A DNA stretch of 64,000 bases from Rebecca billardiae RCC1528. Lineage: Eukaryota > Protista > Haptophyta. Positions 1 to 11,700 of the stretch are shown one piece after another (the stretch's first letter is position 1; each line of letters opens with the position of its first letter). Location: contig OZ251228.1 of the NCBI GenBank assembly GCA_965240325.2, positions 3,013,874-3,077,873 on the forward strand, given 5' to 3'. The position numbers were made by a program, and so were the translations under genes. The notes beneath the pieces were generated by a model. That model worked only from the letters and a program-made list of their open reading frames with translations, searched no databases and was not told the origin of the DNA.

Positions 1-905
1 GGCGGCGGCGCCGGTGGCGGCGAAGGAGGCGGGCTGGGCGGCGGGCTTGGTGGCGGCGGCGCAGGTGGCGGCGATGGAGGCGGGCTGGGCGGCGGGCTCG
101 GTGGCGGCGGCGCCGGTGGCGGCGAAGGAGGCGGGCTCGGCGGCGGGCTCGGTGGCGGCGGCGCCGGTGGCGGCGAAGGAGGCGGGCTCGGCGGCGGGCT
201 CGGTGGCGGCGGCGCCGGTGGCGGCGAAGGAGGCGGGCTCGGCGGCGGGCTCGGTGGCGGCGGCGCCGGTGGCGGCGAAGGAGGCGGGCTGGGCGGCGGG
301 CTTGGTGGCGGCGGCGCAGGTGGCGGCGAAGGAGGCGGGCTCGGCGGCGGGCTCGGTGGCGGCGCCGGTGGCGGCGAAGGAGGCGGGCTCGGCGGCGGGC
401 TCGGTGGCGGCGGCGCCGGTGGCGGCGAAGGAGGCGGGCTGGGCGGCGGGCTCGGTGGCGGCGGCGCAGGTGGCGGCGACGGAGGCGGGCTCGGCGGCGG
501 GCTCGGTGGCGGCGGCGCAGGTGGCGGCGACGGAGGCGGGCTCGGCGGCGGGCTCGGTGGCGGCGGCACCGGTGGCGGACTCGGAGGCGGGCTCGGCGGC
601 GGGCTTGGTGGCGGCGGCGCAGGTGGCGGCGATGGAGGCGGGCTCGGCGGCGGGCTCGGTGGCGGCGGCGCAGGTGGCGGCGAAGGAGGCGGGCTGGGCG
701 GCGGGCTCGGTGGCGGCGGCGCAGGTGGCGGCGAAGGAGGCGGACTCGGCGGCAGGCTCGGTGGCGGCGGCGCGGGTGGCGGGCTGGGAGGCGGGCTCGG
801 CGGCGGGCTCGGTGGCGGCGGCGCAGGTGGCGGCGAAGGAGGCGGGCTCGGTGACGGGCTCGGTGGCGGCGGCGCAGGTGGCGCCGATGGAGGCGGGCTC
901 GGCGT
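1..905 (-). repeat. Coding minisatellite, 51-bp unit (17 aa, PSPPPSPPPSPPPAPPP-like), about 17-18 copies
   Basis: The unit ggcggcggcgccggtggcggcgaaggaggcgggctcggcggcgggctcggt recurs every 51 bp. Confidence 0.9.
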
Positions 906-2972
906 CGAGGGCCAGCTGATCCCGAGGTCGACTGGGGCGAGGTTGTCGCCCATGTGCCCGGCACTCTTGCCCACGTCTGCAGTGCCGCCCGAGCCGAGCT
1001 GGCCGTTGGTGCCAGCGCCCCAGCTGCGACACACGGCACACGCGAGCGCGCACGCGTGCGCACGCGGCGGTGAGCACGCGGGCATGGTGACACGCGGCCA
1101 TCGCCGCGAGTGGCGCGGGGGATCCGCGCGCGCAGCAGCAGCCCGCCGCGCTGTGGCCCCGCCTGTGCGCGCGCCCCCTCCGCGCGCACCACTTGAGCTG
1201 CGCGCTGCCGTCCAGGATGGCGCACGTGCCGTGGGCGGAGGCGGCCACGGCCACCGCCGAGCGGCCCGCCCCGAGCTCGATGGCGGGCAGCTGGTCGCCC
1301 ATGTCCGCCGGCGCGGTGCCGCGGCTGATGGAGTCCTCCGTGCCCAGCTGGCCGTCGGAGCCGCGGCCCCAGCTGCACGCACGCGCGCGCGGGCAGCGGG
1401 CAGGGTGCGGCGGCGCGGCGGCGCGGCGGCGTGTGAGCGCGTCGCGTCGCGCGCGGGCGCGCGCGCGGGCGCGGCGCGGGGCGGCGGCGGACGGGGCGGT
1501 GGCGCACCACTTCAAGCTCGCGTCGTCCAGCCGCGCGCAGCTGTGCGCCTCGCCGAGCGCGAGCTCCGCGGGCGTGCGCCCGTCTCCGAGGGCGACCGGC
1601 CCGACCGGCGTGAAGGCGTCCGTGTAGCGGTAGTGGCCGAGCTGCAGGTCGCCGCCCGCGCCCCAGCACGCCACGAAGCCTGCGCTGTTGCGCGCGCACG
1701 TGTGCGCAGGCCCCGTCGCCACTTCGAGCAGGACGTGGTCTGGCGCGGTGTAGGGCAGGTTCGCGCCCATGTCGCCGCGCTCGCCGCCTCGCTCTCCGTA
1801 CAGAGCTCCGACGCCGAGCTGCCCGGCCGAGTTGTCGCCCCAGCACTTGAGCCGTTTGTTGGAGAGCAGCGCGCATGCGTGCGAGCCCAGGTGCAGGGCG
1901 AACGAGCTCACGCTCGCGGCGCCGTCGTCCCCGTCCGGCGCGACGAGCAAGACGAAGGGCAGCGCGTTGCCCATCGTGCCGGCCGTGCCGCCGCGCTCCT
2001 CCCTGTCGCCGTACCCGAGCTGTCCGAGCTCGTTCTCGCCCCAGCACTTGAGGCCGGACTGGCCGCTGCTGCTCTGGTACACGTGCGCGCACGTGAAGTG
2101 CGCGCCGCAGCGCACGCCGAGCACGGAGGCGCCGCTGCCCAGGCGCAGGGCCGGCAGCGCGTCCCCCATCGCGCGCCCGCCGCCGTCGCCCACGTCGTCC
2201 CCGTGCCCGAGCCCGAGCTGCCCCACGCTGTTGGAGCCCCAGCTGCGGGCGGACGGGAGACGCGCCGCGCGCGCGCGAGGCGGGCGGCTCAGCGCACACG
2301 CGGCATTGTCGGCGCGGCGCGGGCGCGCGCGGGCGCGCGCGGGCGCGCACCAGCGCAGCGTCGCGTCGCTGAGCACGGCGCACGTGTGCTCTACGCCCGC
2401 GGAGACGTCGGAGACGCCCAGCCCGGACGGCAGCTGCACGTACGGCAGCGCGGCGCCCATCGTGCTCGGGTGGTCCCCGCGCCTCGCCTTGTCGCCATAG
2501 CCCGTCTTGCCCTTGTCACCGTCCCCGAAGCTGCGCGCGCGCGCGCGCGCGCACCGCAGGGCGCCCGCGCGGGGTGGTCGGCGCGCGCTGCGCGGCGCGG
2601 CGCACAGCGCGCGAGCGCGCGGCGCTGCAGGCGCGCGCGCGCGCACCACTTGAGCCGAGCCACGCCGGCGTCCGAGATGATCACGCAGGTGTGCAGCTGG
2701 CCCATCACCACGCGCGTGATCGTGGTCGGCAGTTCGTAGATCTCGGGCGGCATGGTGCCGTCGTAGGGCATGGCCACAGGGCCGCCGCCGCTAGGATCAA
2801 AAGGGGATGCCACCTGCGCGCGCACGCCCCAGTGGAGCTGCCCGCGCGGCGGCGCGGCGAGGAGCACGAGGGCAAGCCCGGCGACGTCGCCGAGCCGTCG
2901 CCGAGCTCGGCCCGTGCCGGGCGTCGGTGCGAGCGCTCGGCTCGCTCGTTCGCGTGACCACTGCGCTTTCAT
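1..2972 (-). CDS. RCC1/BLIP-II repeat protein with an N-terminal hydrophobic segment and a long Pro/Ser-rich (extensin/pherophorin-like) C-terminal region; 3' partial. Exons 2972-2647, 2530-2351, 2242-1508, 1372-1190, 1023-<1
   Basis: Repeated HTC...(K/R)C(W/F)G..GQLG and MGDxLxxVDLG motifs on the minus strand. Four GTGCGC...CAG introns each restore a Cys codon when removed. The reading frame runs off the window edge in PSPPP repeats. Confidence 0.85.
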
Positions 2973-3672
2973 GGCCACACTCGTGGTCTTCGTGGGGGGC
3001 GCTTGCTTCGCGGTTCCCCGAATGAGTGGACCCTGCTGACCGGTGCGGGTATCATACAGACCTTGGTGGCTTGGTCAGATTCAGTTAGACAGTTATGAGC
3101 TGAGCCTGTCCGATGAGCTCATGATCTATCAGGCTCGCTATTTATGGCCTGTGCACACCTATCATCATACGAACCGCGGAACCTGCAAAACAAAGCTCTA
3201 AACGGCGAACTCACGGAACGTATTGACGTGGTTATGTCTTAATGGCTTAAGCTGAGCGGTCAAACGATCCCGTTCCGATCAATAGCCGTTGACCCAATGA
3301 GTACAGCGCGGATGATTCGAAGTTTATAGTTGATTACTGATATTCGGCCTATTCATCGGCGATTCGGCGGGGTATTCTGACGACGCGCTGCCTTTTTCTC
3401 CGAATAATAAAGTACTGCTGGCGGATACCCCCATATTGAATCATTGAATATGGCACATCAATTCATAATCAATTATCGATCATCAACTGCCTGCTCGAAC
3501 TTTCGAACGAGGCGCTACTCATCAACCCAGTTGCAGGGGCCGCAGCCCAGAAGGCGCGACGCCGGGGGCTGTAGCGTGCCCGGCCAGAGCAAGTGAGCCA
3601 CCCACACCCACGCTGACGGCTGCTGCGAAGCGATGGGTCTGCGTCTCGCGGTCACTGCAGCTCGCCACCGCG

Positions 3673-6102
3673 TCAGCCGCCAGCGCGCCCGCCGCTCGGG
3701 TCACGGGCCGCGCCGTCGCGGCGCGCGAGGGGCGGGGCGCGGCCGGGCTGCTTCCGCGACGACGGCTTGCGCGCCGCCTGCTCGGCCGCGGCCGCGGGCG
3801 GCCCCGCCGGGCGCGCCGCGCGCGGCGGCCGCTCCTTGCCGCCGCCAGGCCGCCGCGCCGCCGCGCCCGCCGTGCCCGCGCGCCCGCGCCCGCCGCCGCC
3901 GCGCGGCGCGCCCGCGCCCGCCGAGTCGCGCGGCGCGCGCGGCGGCGGGCGGCGCGCGCGGTCGAAGCGCAGCGCGCCCTGCACGCTGTGCGGCTCCAGC
4001 GCGCGCGTGCGCGCCTCGAGCGCGTCCGCGCGCGCGTGCTCGTCCGCGCGCGCCTCCTGCAGCGCGCGCGCCACGAGCGTCTGCAGCTGCTCCACGGGCG
4101 GCAGCTCGTTGAAGAGCAGACGCGCGCCGCCGTGCGCGGAGGACACGTGCGCGCGCTCGGCGGCGACGAGCGGGCGCAGCTCGGCCTGCACGCCCTCCAG
4201 CGCCGCGCACAGCGGCCCGCCCGGCGCGCGCCCGTCCGCCTCCGCCGCCGCCGCCTCCGCGCGCGCGAGCGGCGTGAGCCGCTGCGCCTCGCGCATGAGC
4301 GGCGTGAGCTGTGTGTGGAACTGGAAGCAGGCGGGGCAGGTGCAGCCGTACTTGTACAGCCAGCCGATCGGCGAGTCGTCGTCCATCAGCCGGCGCAGCG
4401 GCGGCGCGACCAGGTGCCGCCCCGCCGAGGGCTGCACGAGCAGGTTGTACGCGCACGGCGGCAGCGCGCGCGCGCCGCCGCCGCCGCCGCCGCCGCCGCC
4501 GGACGGCGCGGCGGCAGCGGGCGGCGGCGCGTCGTTGGGCGCGGGCTGGGGCTGCGCGAGCTCGGCGTAGAGCGCGGGCAGCGTGGGCGCGCCGAGCGGC
4601 AGCTGGGCGTAGTCCGGGCACTCGCCGCTCGCGTACGTGCTCAGCACCCACGTGAGCGCCTTGAGGTACGCGGCCGCGCACGCGCGCTCGGCGTCCGTGC
4701 ACTGCGCGCCCAGCTCTGGCAGCGGCAGCTGCGCGCCGCCGCCCACGCCCGGCGGCACGCGCAGCGCGCGGCGCTTGTGCAGCTCGAGGAGCAGCGAGGC
4801 CAGCGCGGGCGCGTTGAGCTCCGCGCGGCGCGCGCGCGACGGCGGCGCCGCGCCCTCCGCCGTACCCTCCGTACCCTTCGTACCCTCCGTGCTGCGCGTG
4901 CCGAGGGTGGTGCGCGTGCTCACCAGGAAGAAGGACGCGGGCAGCGGCGCACCGCGCGCACACACCTTGCGCGCACCGTCGAGGTACGCGTCCATCGCAG
5001 CGCTGAGCGTCGCGCCGTGCAGCGCGGGGAGGTAGTCGTTGCCCGAGCACAGGATCGCGAGGCACGCCATGTCCACTCCCGCGCGCCGCGCGTGCGCGTG
5101 CGCGTGCGCGCCCGCGGGCGCGGGCGGCAGCTGCTTGCCCAGCTGCGCCACGCACGTGTCCGCGTCGAACAGCTCGTGCGAGGGGGGCGCGCGCTTGGCG
5201 CCGGCGCGCGCGCCGCCGGCGCCGCCGCGCACGGGCGCGACCACCGCGATGTGCGGCACGCCGCACGCCAGCGCCATCAGCAGCAGGTCCGAGTCCGAGC
5301 CGTGCAGCGCGTGCGTGAGCGGCGCGGCCGCGCGGCCGTGGCGCGCGGCCTGCGCCGCGTGCGCCTCCCACTGCGCGCTGAGCTCGAGCATGTGGCCGAT
5401 GCACTTGACCTCGCCCTCGCCCGCGACGTGCGCGCCGGAGACGATGAACGCCGGCGGCTCGTCGCCCCCGCCGAGCGCGGCCGCCGCCCTGCGCCGCGCC
5501 GCGTACGCGTGCAGCGCGTCCGAGAGGTCGGCCATCAGCGCGGTGCCGGGCGTGAGCGAGAGCGCGTCCACGCGGCACACGCCGGGCGCGGACGCGGGGC
5601 CCGTGCGCTCCGCCTTGCTGGCCGTCTTGCGCCGGCGCTGCCGCTGCGTGAGCACCTTGGCGAGCGGGCCGGGGCCGTCCACCGCGAGCACGACGCACAC
5701 GCGCGCGGGCGTGAGCCGCAGCAGCGCGCTGATGCGCCGCAGCACGAGCCGGATGAGCTCGTCGTTGCTGGACGCGCGGCGCACGACGTGGTGGATCTGC
5801 TCGTTCACGTCGACGTACACGCAGTCGTACGCGCCGAGCGACCGCGCGTCCTCCGCGTGCGCGAACGCGCGCGGGAAGCGCGCGCGCATCCACGTCTGCA
5901 TGCCCGAGACGCCCGCGCGCACGGCCGCGCGCGGCGCGCGCGGCGCCGCGCGCGCGGCGCGCGGCCGGGCGGGCGCGAGGCGGCCGGTGCGCGCGCCGGT
6001 GCCGCCGAGGCCGACGCCACCCGGCGCCGCCGACGCCGCGAGCGGCGCCAGCGCCGCCGCCAGCAGCAGCAGCAGCGCCGCGAGCACGCGCGCCGCCGCC
6101 AT
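3673..6102 (-). CDS. XRN-family 5'-3' exoribonuclease-like protein (XRN_N domain) with an N-terminal signal peptide and transit-peptide-like extension
   Basis: XRN motifs GVSGMQTW..RFP, YVDVNEQIH, AVDGPGPLAK..TQRQRR, LTPGT, SGAHVAGEGEVK, GSDSDL and GNDYLP. Likely start is MAAARVLAALLLLLAAALAPLAASA (ATG at 6102). Confidence 0.85.
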   Translation of the reverse strand: MAAARVLAALLLLLAAALAPLAASAAPGGVGLGGTGARTGRLAPARPRAARAAPRAPRAAVRAGVSGMQTWMRARFPRAFAHAEDARSLGAYDCVYVDVNEQIHHVVRRASSNDELIRLVLRRISALLRLTPARVCVVLAVDGPGPLAKVLTQRQRRRKTASKAERTGPASAPGVCRVDALSLTPGTALMADLSDALHAYAARRRAAAALGGGDEPPAFIVSGAHVAGEGEVKCIGHMLELSAQWEAHAAQAARHGRAAAPLTHALHGSDSDLLLMALACGVPHIAVVAPVRGGAGGARAGAKRAPPSHELFDADTCVAQLGKQLPPAPAGAHAHAHARRAGVDMACLAILCSGNDYLPALHGATLSAAMDAYLDGARKVCARGAPLPASFFLVSTRTTLGTRSTEGTKGTEGTAEGAAPPSRARRAELNAPALASLLLELHKRRALRVPPGVGGGAQLPLPELGAQCTDAERACAAAYLKALTWVLSTYASGECPDYAQLPLGAPTLPALYAELAQPQPAPNDAPPPAAAAPSGGGGGGGGGARALPPCAYNLLVQPSAGRHLVAPPLRRLMDDDSPIGWLYKYGCTCPACFQFHTQLTPLMREAQRLTPLARAEAAAAEADGRAPGGPLCAALEGVQAELRPLVAAERAHVSSAHGGARLLFNELPPVEQLQTLVARALQEARADEHARADALEARTRALEPHSVQGALRFDRARRPPPRAPRDSAGAGAPRGGGGRGRAGTAGAAARRPGGGKERPPRAARPAGPPAAAAEQAARKPSSRKQPGRAPPLARRDGAARDPSGGRAGG

Positions 6103-6804
6103 CCCAAGCGGAGAGCGTCGGCCGACCGACGCCACGTCGAAGACTCGAAGAGCGCCGAAAGCCGAGAGACGCATGCGGTTGGCGTCTTGGCGACGTGAGT
6201 TCGCGTGAGCTTCGAAATCTGCCGAGGCGAAAATGAAATATCAGTAAATCACTCAAATCACCTGCTCGGAGCTCGGGCTGCTCACGAGCTCCGCTCGATG
6301 GACGATGAGCACAGGCGCAAGGCATTTTCATGCCCGGCTGAACGGCATACGAGTTTGTCGTACCCGCTCGGGTAAGTACCTGTACTCACGCATGAGCGGG
6401 GGCCGGGCAGCGACATTTATGATCTAGTTGAGATTCTCCCGCCGCTTCTTCCAAAAGGGTTCGCACGAGGTCGCGGGCGCGGCCGCATCTGGCGAGCGCG
6501 ATCTCGGCCTTTTACATCGCGCGCTCGCGAATTGAAGACACACCCCCATACAGGAATTGGGGCGTGCACATATGAGCGAATCACGGCGCGTGGGTGTTTG
6601 CCGCGGCGTCCGCACCGGGATCCCAGGCTGCGCGTCGCCGGATGTTTGAACAGCCGTGATGAGGTGTCTCGACTTGTCCATCCGCCAAGGGGAAGTGGCG
6701 CAGAAGTTGCTTGGCTCTCGCCCTCCCACTCATCCGCCACCGCACCGACAGCGAGGCCCCCCCCTCCCCGGGCCACATACATCGGGGCGAGCGGCGCGAG
6801 CGCG

Positions 6805-8127
6805 ATGGAGATCAGCACGCGCGAGAAGGCGCCGATCGTCGGCGGGCGGTACAAGATCGCCAACCGCGAGCTCGGCTCGGGCGCGCAGGGCACCGTGTGC
6901 GCCGCGTCCGACATGCAGACCAACGAGCAGCTCGCGGCCAAGCTCTTCCGCGGCGCCGACGCGGGCAAGCAGGAGGCGGCGCTGATGCGCCGGTGCAGCG
7001 GGCACAAGCACGTCGCCGCGTTCGTCGACTACGTCGGCGGCGTCGAGATCGGCGGCAGCCCCAGCTCCGTGCTCCTCATGGAGCTCGTCGCTGGCGGCGA
7101 CCTGTTTGACCGGCTGATCTCGGGCGGCGCGATGCCCGAGCAGGCGGCGCGGCACTTCTTCCACCAGCTGGTGCACGCGGTGGCGCACTGCCACGCGCGC
7201 GGCGTGGCGCACCGCGACATCAAGCTCGAGAACGTGCTCATCGACCTCGAGGGCCACATCAAGCTCACCGACTTTGGGCTCGCGGGCGTGTTCCGCATCC
7301 AGGAGGGCGGCGCCGAGCGGCTGCTGAGCGACCGCTGCGGCTCCAAGGCGTACGTCGCGCCGGAGCTGATCGCCGACCGCAGCTCGCCGTATGTGGGCCC
7401 GCCGGTGGACGTGTGGGCGTGCGGCGTCTGCCTCTTCGCCATGCTCGCCAACTTCTTCCCCTTCGACGTCGCGTGCGCGCGGCGCGACTGGCGCGTGCCG
7501 CACGTGCAGCTCGCGCAGGCGGCGGGCGGCTCGACGGTGCGCACGCTGTACGAGCTGGCGTCGCGCCCGTGCGACTTCTCCGCGGAGGTGACGGCGCTGC
7601 TGGACAGCATGCTCGCCCTCGACCCCGCGCGCCGCGCCACCCTCGCCGACGTGCTCGCCTCGCCGTGGCTCGCCGCCTCGCCCGCGGGCACGCCGTACGC
7701 GACGCCGCAGCCCTCGGACGGCGCCGCACCCGCCGACGGCGCCGCCGCCGACGCGTCCGTCCTGAGCGTGCTCTCGGTGGACCAGATCCCGGCGCAGGGC
7801 GAGAACGTGGAGACCGCCGCCGACGAGCCCAACGCGCCGCTCGTCGACGAGCACGACCCCGCCGAGGTCTACCGAGACGTCTCCGCGATGGTCAACTCGG
7901 GCAGCCACTCGTTGCTCGCGCCAACCGCCGAGGCGTCGCTCGAGGTGGGCGAGGAGGGCGTGTACCGCTCCGCGCTACCCCAGCCGACGCCCGGCGTGCC
8001 GGCCGCGGCGCACGTGCCCGCGCTCCGGCGCGAGCGCGCGTTCGAGCGCTGGTCCAACTTCGAGCAGGCGTACGACGCGGACATGGTCGTCGCGCCGCGC
8101 GAGCTGCTCGACATCGACCTCGTCTGA
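6805..8127 (+). CDS. Ser/Thr protein kinase, CAMK group (SNF1/CIPK-like catalytic domain)
   Basis: LGSGAQGTV, AAK, HRDIKLEN, DFG, CGSKAYVAPE and DVWACG motifs; start MEISTRE at 6805. Confidence 0.92.
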   Translation: MEISTREKAPIVGGRYKIANRELGSGAQGTVCAASDMQTNEQLAAKLFRGADAGKQEAALMRRCSGHKHVAAFVDYVGGVEIGGSPSSVLLMELVAGGDLFDRLISGGAMPEQAARHFFHQLVHAVAHCHARGVAHRDIKLENVLIDLEGHIKLTDFGLAGVFRIQEGGAERLLSDRCGSKAYVAPELIADRSSPYVGPPVDVWACGVCLFAMLANFFPFDVACARRDWRVPHVQLAQAAGGSTVRTLYELASRPCDFSAEVTALLDSMLALDPARRATLADVLASPWLAASPAGTPYATPQPSDGAAPADGAAADASVLSVLSVDQIPAQGENVETAADEPNAPLVDEHDPAEVYRDVSAMVNSGSHSLLAPTAEASLEVGEEGVYRSALPQPTPGVPAAAHVPALRRERAFERWSNFEQAYDADMVVAPRELLDIDLV

Positions 8128-8163
8128 CGCCTCCTGACGCCTCCTGACGCCTCCTGACGCCTC
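8124..8163 (+). repeat. 10-bp tandem repeat (ctgacgcctc) x4 overlapping the kinase stop codon
   Basis: Directly visible in the sequence. Confidence 0.9.
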
Positions 8164-8789
8164 GCCGCACGCGCGCACGCGCGCAGCGCGCACGCGCGCA
8201 GCGCGCGCGGCGCCGCGCCGCGCCGCCGTCGGCGCACGCCGCCGCCGTGCACGCCGCGTGGCGCGCGGCCCGTATCAGCAATGCCCGCCGCATGCCTCGG
8301 GCATCGTCGCCGCCGCACCACTGCCGCCACAACGACGTGCGGCAGCCCGGCCCCCTCTCTACAGCATCTGCGTGCTGGCGGGCGCGGGCTCCCACGCGCC
8401 GCCGCACCGCGCGAGGTGACCTGCGCGGCGCGGGCTGCCGCCGGGCCTCGAGCCTCGAGCGCGGCTCAGCCCTCGGACGCTCCGGGCGCCACCCACACCT
8501 CTTCTCCCCGGTCTTGCACTCGTCCGGGCTTCACCGCTGGTTGCAGGCCAGGCCGCGGCCTCCGGAGTCGGCGTCAGTTCTGACGCCACAGCCGCGATGC
8601 CGCCCACGGGCCCAGCGGCAGCGGGCGCGGCACGCCGGCACTGCGCGTGCTGCGCACCGCCACCCGAGTTTTGGCAGCACACTTCGCCACGCGCGACGCG
8701 ACTGTATGTCTATTGTGCACTGTACGCTCCGACATGTCCGGACTCGCGTGTGAGTTTATTATTATTAATTATTTGAAATTATTTTTGGC

Positions 8790-11700
8790 TATATATATAT
8801 TAACGACGTGGTATGCAACGGGCAGGCGTCAGAGTCAGCAAGCTGTAGCAGCAGATCGAGCAGCAGAGACAAACACCAGGATCAGCGCTCCTCGCCGTCG
8901 TCCCCCCCCTCATAGTCGCCCATCACTCCATCGCCGAGCGGAAGCTCGACGCACCGTCTGGCGTCGACGCGCACGCGCCACCGCGGTGGTCGCGGTGCCA
9001 CGCGTCGTCAGCCGTCGTCTCGAAGTAGTCGTCGTATGCAGCGCCCCCGCGGGCGCGTGCCCCCGGGCGCACGTGCGCCATGCGCGCGCGGGCGATGAGC
9101 ATCTTGGCCTGGCCACGCAGGCAGCGCATGCCCAGCTCGCGCCGCATGGTGCCGAGCAGCGCGCGCTCGGCGGCGGGGCGCGAGGGCGCGCTGAGGCGCG
9201 CGCGCCACGTGTCCCGCCCCATCTTGGCGATCTTCTTGAGGGTGAGGTCCACCTCCGCGCTCCACTCGCCGAACGCCCCCACGACAATCGGGACGATCGC
9301 GGGGAAGGTGTCGAGCCGCGCCTCGTATGGGCCCACCTGGCCCTCAAGCGTGCCGTAGACCTCGCGGTCGAGGAGCTGCAGCTGCTTGCGCCGCTCGCGC
9401 GGGACGAGTTCCGCGCGGTGGCGCACCGCACCGTTGCGGCCGTCGCTCACCCTGTAGCGCGACTGGCTCAGCGAGATGGTCTTGACCTCGAACAGGGTAC
9501 AGTTGCCGTGCACCTCGGCACTCAGGTCCACCACCGGCACGCGCTTGCGGTCCGTGCCGAGCACCGCCTGCGCCTGGGCGGTGGACTGGGCGTGCACCGA
9601 GCCGAAGATCCAGGTGTCCTCCGGCACGGCGTACACACCGGCGTACGTGCGGAAGAACCCCGCCAGCACGCGGATCACCGGGTCGTGCCGGTAGCGTGCG
9701 ACGTGGTCGCCGGGGAGCGCGTTGCGGCCGGACGCGCTGAGGAGCGCGTCGCCGTACGCGTCCACCCGGATGCCAGGACCCGAGCGCGTGGGCACGTACG
9801 CCCCGGCCTGGGCCAGCGGCGCGCAGACCGGGCTGGGGATCCCGAGCGCGCGCGCCGCGATCTCGAGCCACTCACCCTGGTGGTGGACCGCCGCGCTGCC
9901 GATCGGGAGCGCGCCCACGAACGCGAGTGAGGCACGGTCCACGTTCTGGATGAGGTGCACACGGCGGTCGTCCCGCGAGAGAGAGCTGAGCTGCCGCCGC
10001 AGGAGCCAGCCGTGGGTGTTCTCGACGTCCTCCGTGATGTCCTTGGCGAGGCTGTAGTAGATGGTGCCGTCCACAGCCCGGCGTGCAGTGGGTGCCACCT
10101 GACCCGCCGGGAGGTGGAGCACGCAGTAAGGCTGCCGGTTGGGCACAGCTGGCGCCTCCTGCTCGGCGAGCTGGAGGCGCTCCCAGATGGTCGCGAGCGT
10201 CCGCCCGAGCGCCGAGCCCGACTGCAGAAACTGGCGCCATCCGGCGGCGCGCATGTCCACGAACGCGTCGCGGCCCACGCGCGCGACGATGGAGTCGCGC
10301 TCGAGGACGCCGTGCACGGCGACGCCGCCCTGCATGGGGGCGTGGCGGTCGAGGAACGCGGGAACAGCGGCGTGGGCCCCCGCCCAGAAGGCGGCGGGTG
10401 CCCGCTGCGCCGCCGAGCGCAGGGCGAGCCCCCCGAGGCGGACGGGCAGGCGGAGCCGCTGCAGCATGATGTCGTCGAGCTGGTCGTCGGTGGGGAAGCC
10501 TAGCGCGACGCCGGCCTGCCGGAGGATGATAGCGTCAAACCGCTCACACGCCTCGGCGGTGGCGTCGGGCTCGATGTGGCGGAGGAAGTAGTCGAGCTTC
10601 GTCGAGGTCGAGTAGTGCGTGAGCACCCACAGCCCCTGCTTGTGCGCCGAGCCGAGCCTGTTGATCAGCTTGTTCGAGATGCCAGCGATCTCGGCACACT
10701 TGTCAGAGAGGTGGGTGGCCACGTAGCCCTCGGTCCCGACGGGCACGCCATACACCGTGACGCCGTGGTGAGCGACGCCGTCTGCGTCCGTCAGCGTGCC
10801 GCGCGGCACGTCGCCCCGGTGCTCGTCCAGCAGGTGGTCGTACTCCGGGTTGATGTAGCACTTGGTCTTGGCGACCTGCAGCTCCAGGCCGAGCGAGTCC
10901 TTCACGGCGGCGGCGAACTCGTGGAGGGCGCGGAAGGCCTCGGACGGCGGGCCGATGATGCTCACATCGTCGTGGCCCGCGCGTGCGGCGCCCCCGCACG
11001 GCTGCAGCCGCTCGTCCAGCGCGCGCAGGTGCGGCTGGAGCGCGATCGCAAAGAAGGCCGCTGCCTCGACCGAGCCCTGCTGCACGCCCTCCTCGCTGAG
11101 GAAGTCGAGCTGCCGAATGGGCTGGCCAGTGCCGCCACCGCCATCGAAGACGCGCGCCTTGGGAGCGAGCATCGCGAGCGCGAGCGGCGTCAGCGACGAC
11201 AGCTCGCCGGCCGTCGACACCGCGCGGATGATCGACCGGCGGAGCGTCGCGTTGAAGGCGTTCCGGATGTCGCACGAGATCAGAACCCAGTCCGGGTGCG
11301 CGTCCAGCAGCTCGCGAATCGCAAAGACGAGCTTCGTGCCGCCCGACGGGACGGCGACGCCGAGCTGCAGCGGGGCGAGGTACGACTCCAGCATCTCCTT
11401 GACGTCCGCGCGACGGAGCAGGCAGCGCGTGAGCGCGCGGCGGAGGCCGCACGAGATACCCACCGGACGCGCGTCCTCCGCGCCGGCCGCGCTCGCGGCG
11501 CGCTTGCGCACGGGGATGAGCCGCACGGACGCAAAGGTGAGGTTGAACCAGCCCGGGAGCTGGTTGTTGAGGAAGAGCGTCGCGAACGCGGCGTGCGCCT
11601 CGGGGGCGCTGGCGGCCTTGTCGTCGGGGAAGTCCACGGTCGGCGCGACGGCCGTGAGGTACTCAAACCGCCACGCCGACGCCCCAGCCGCCTTCTCGCG

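Noticed and set aside
14-2739. Plus-strand ORFs 14..919 and 943..2739
   Set aside because: They are antisense shadows of the minus-strand RCC1/Pro-rich gene.
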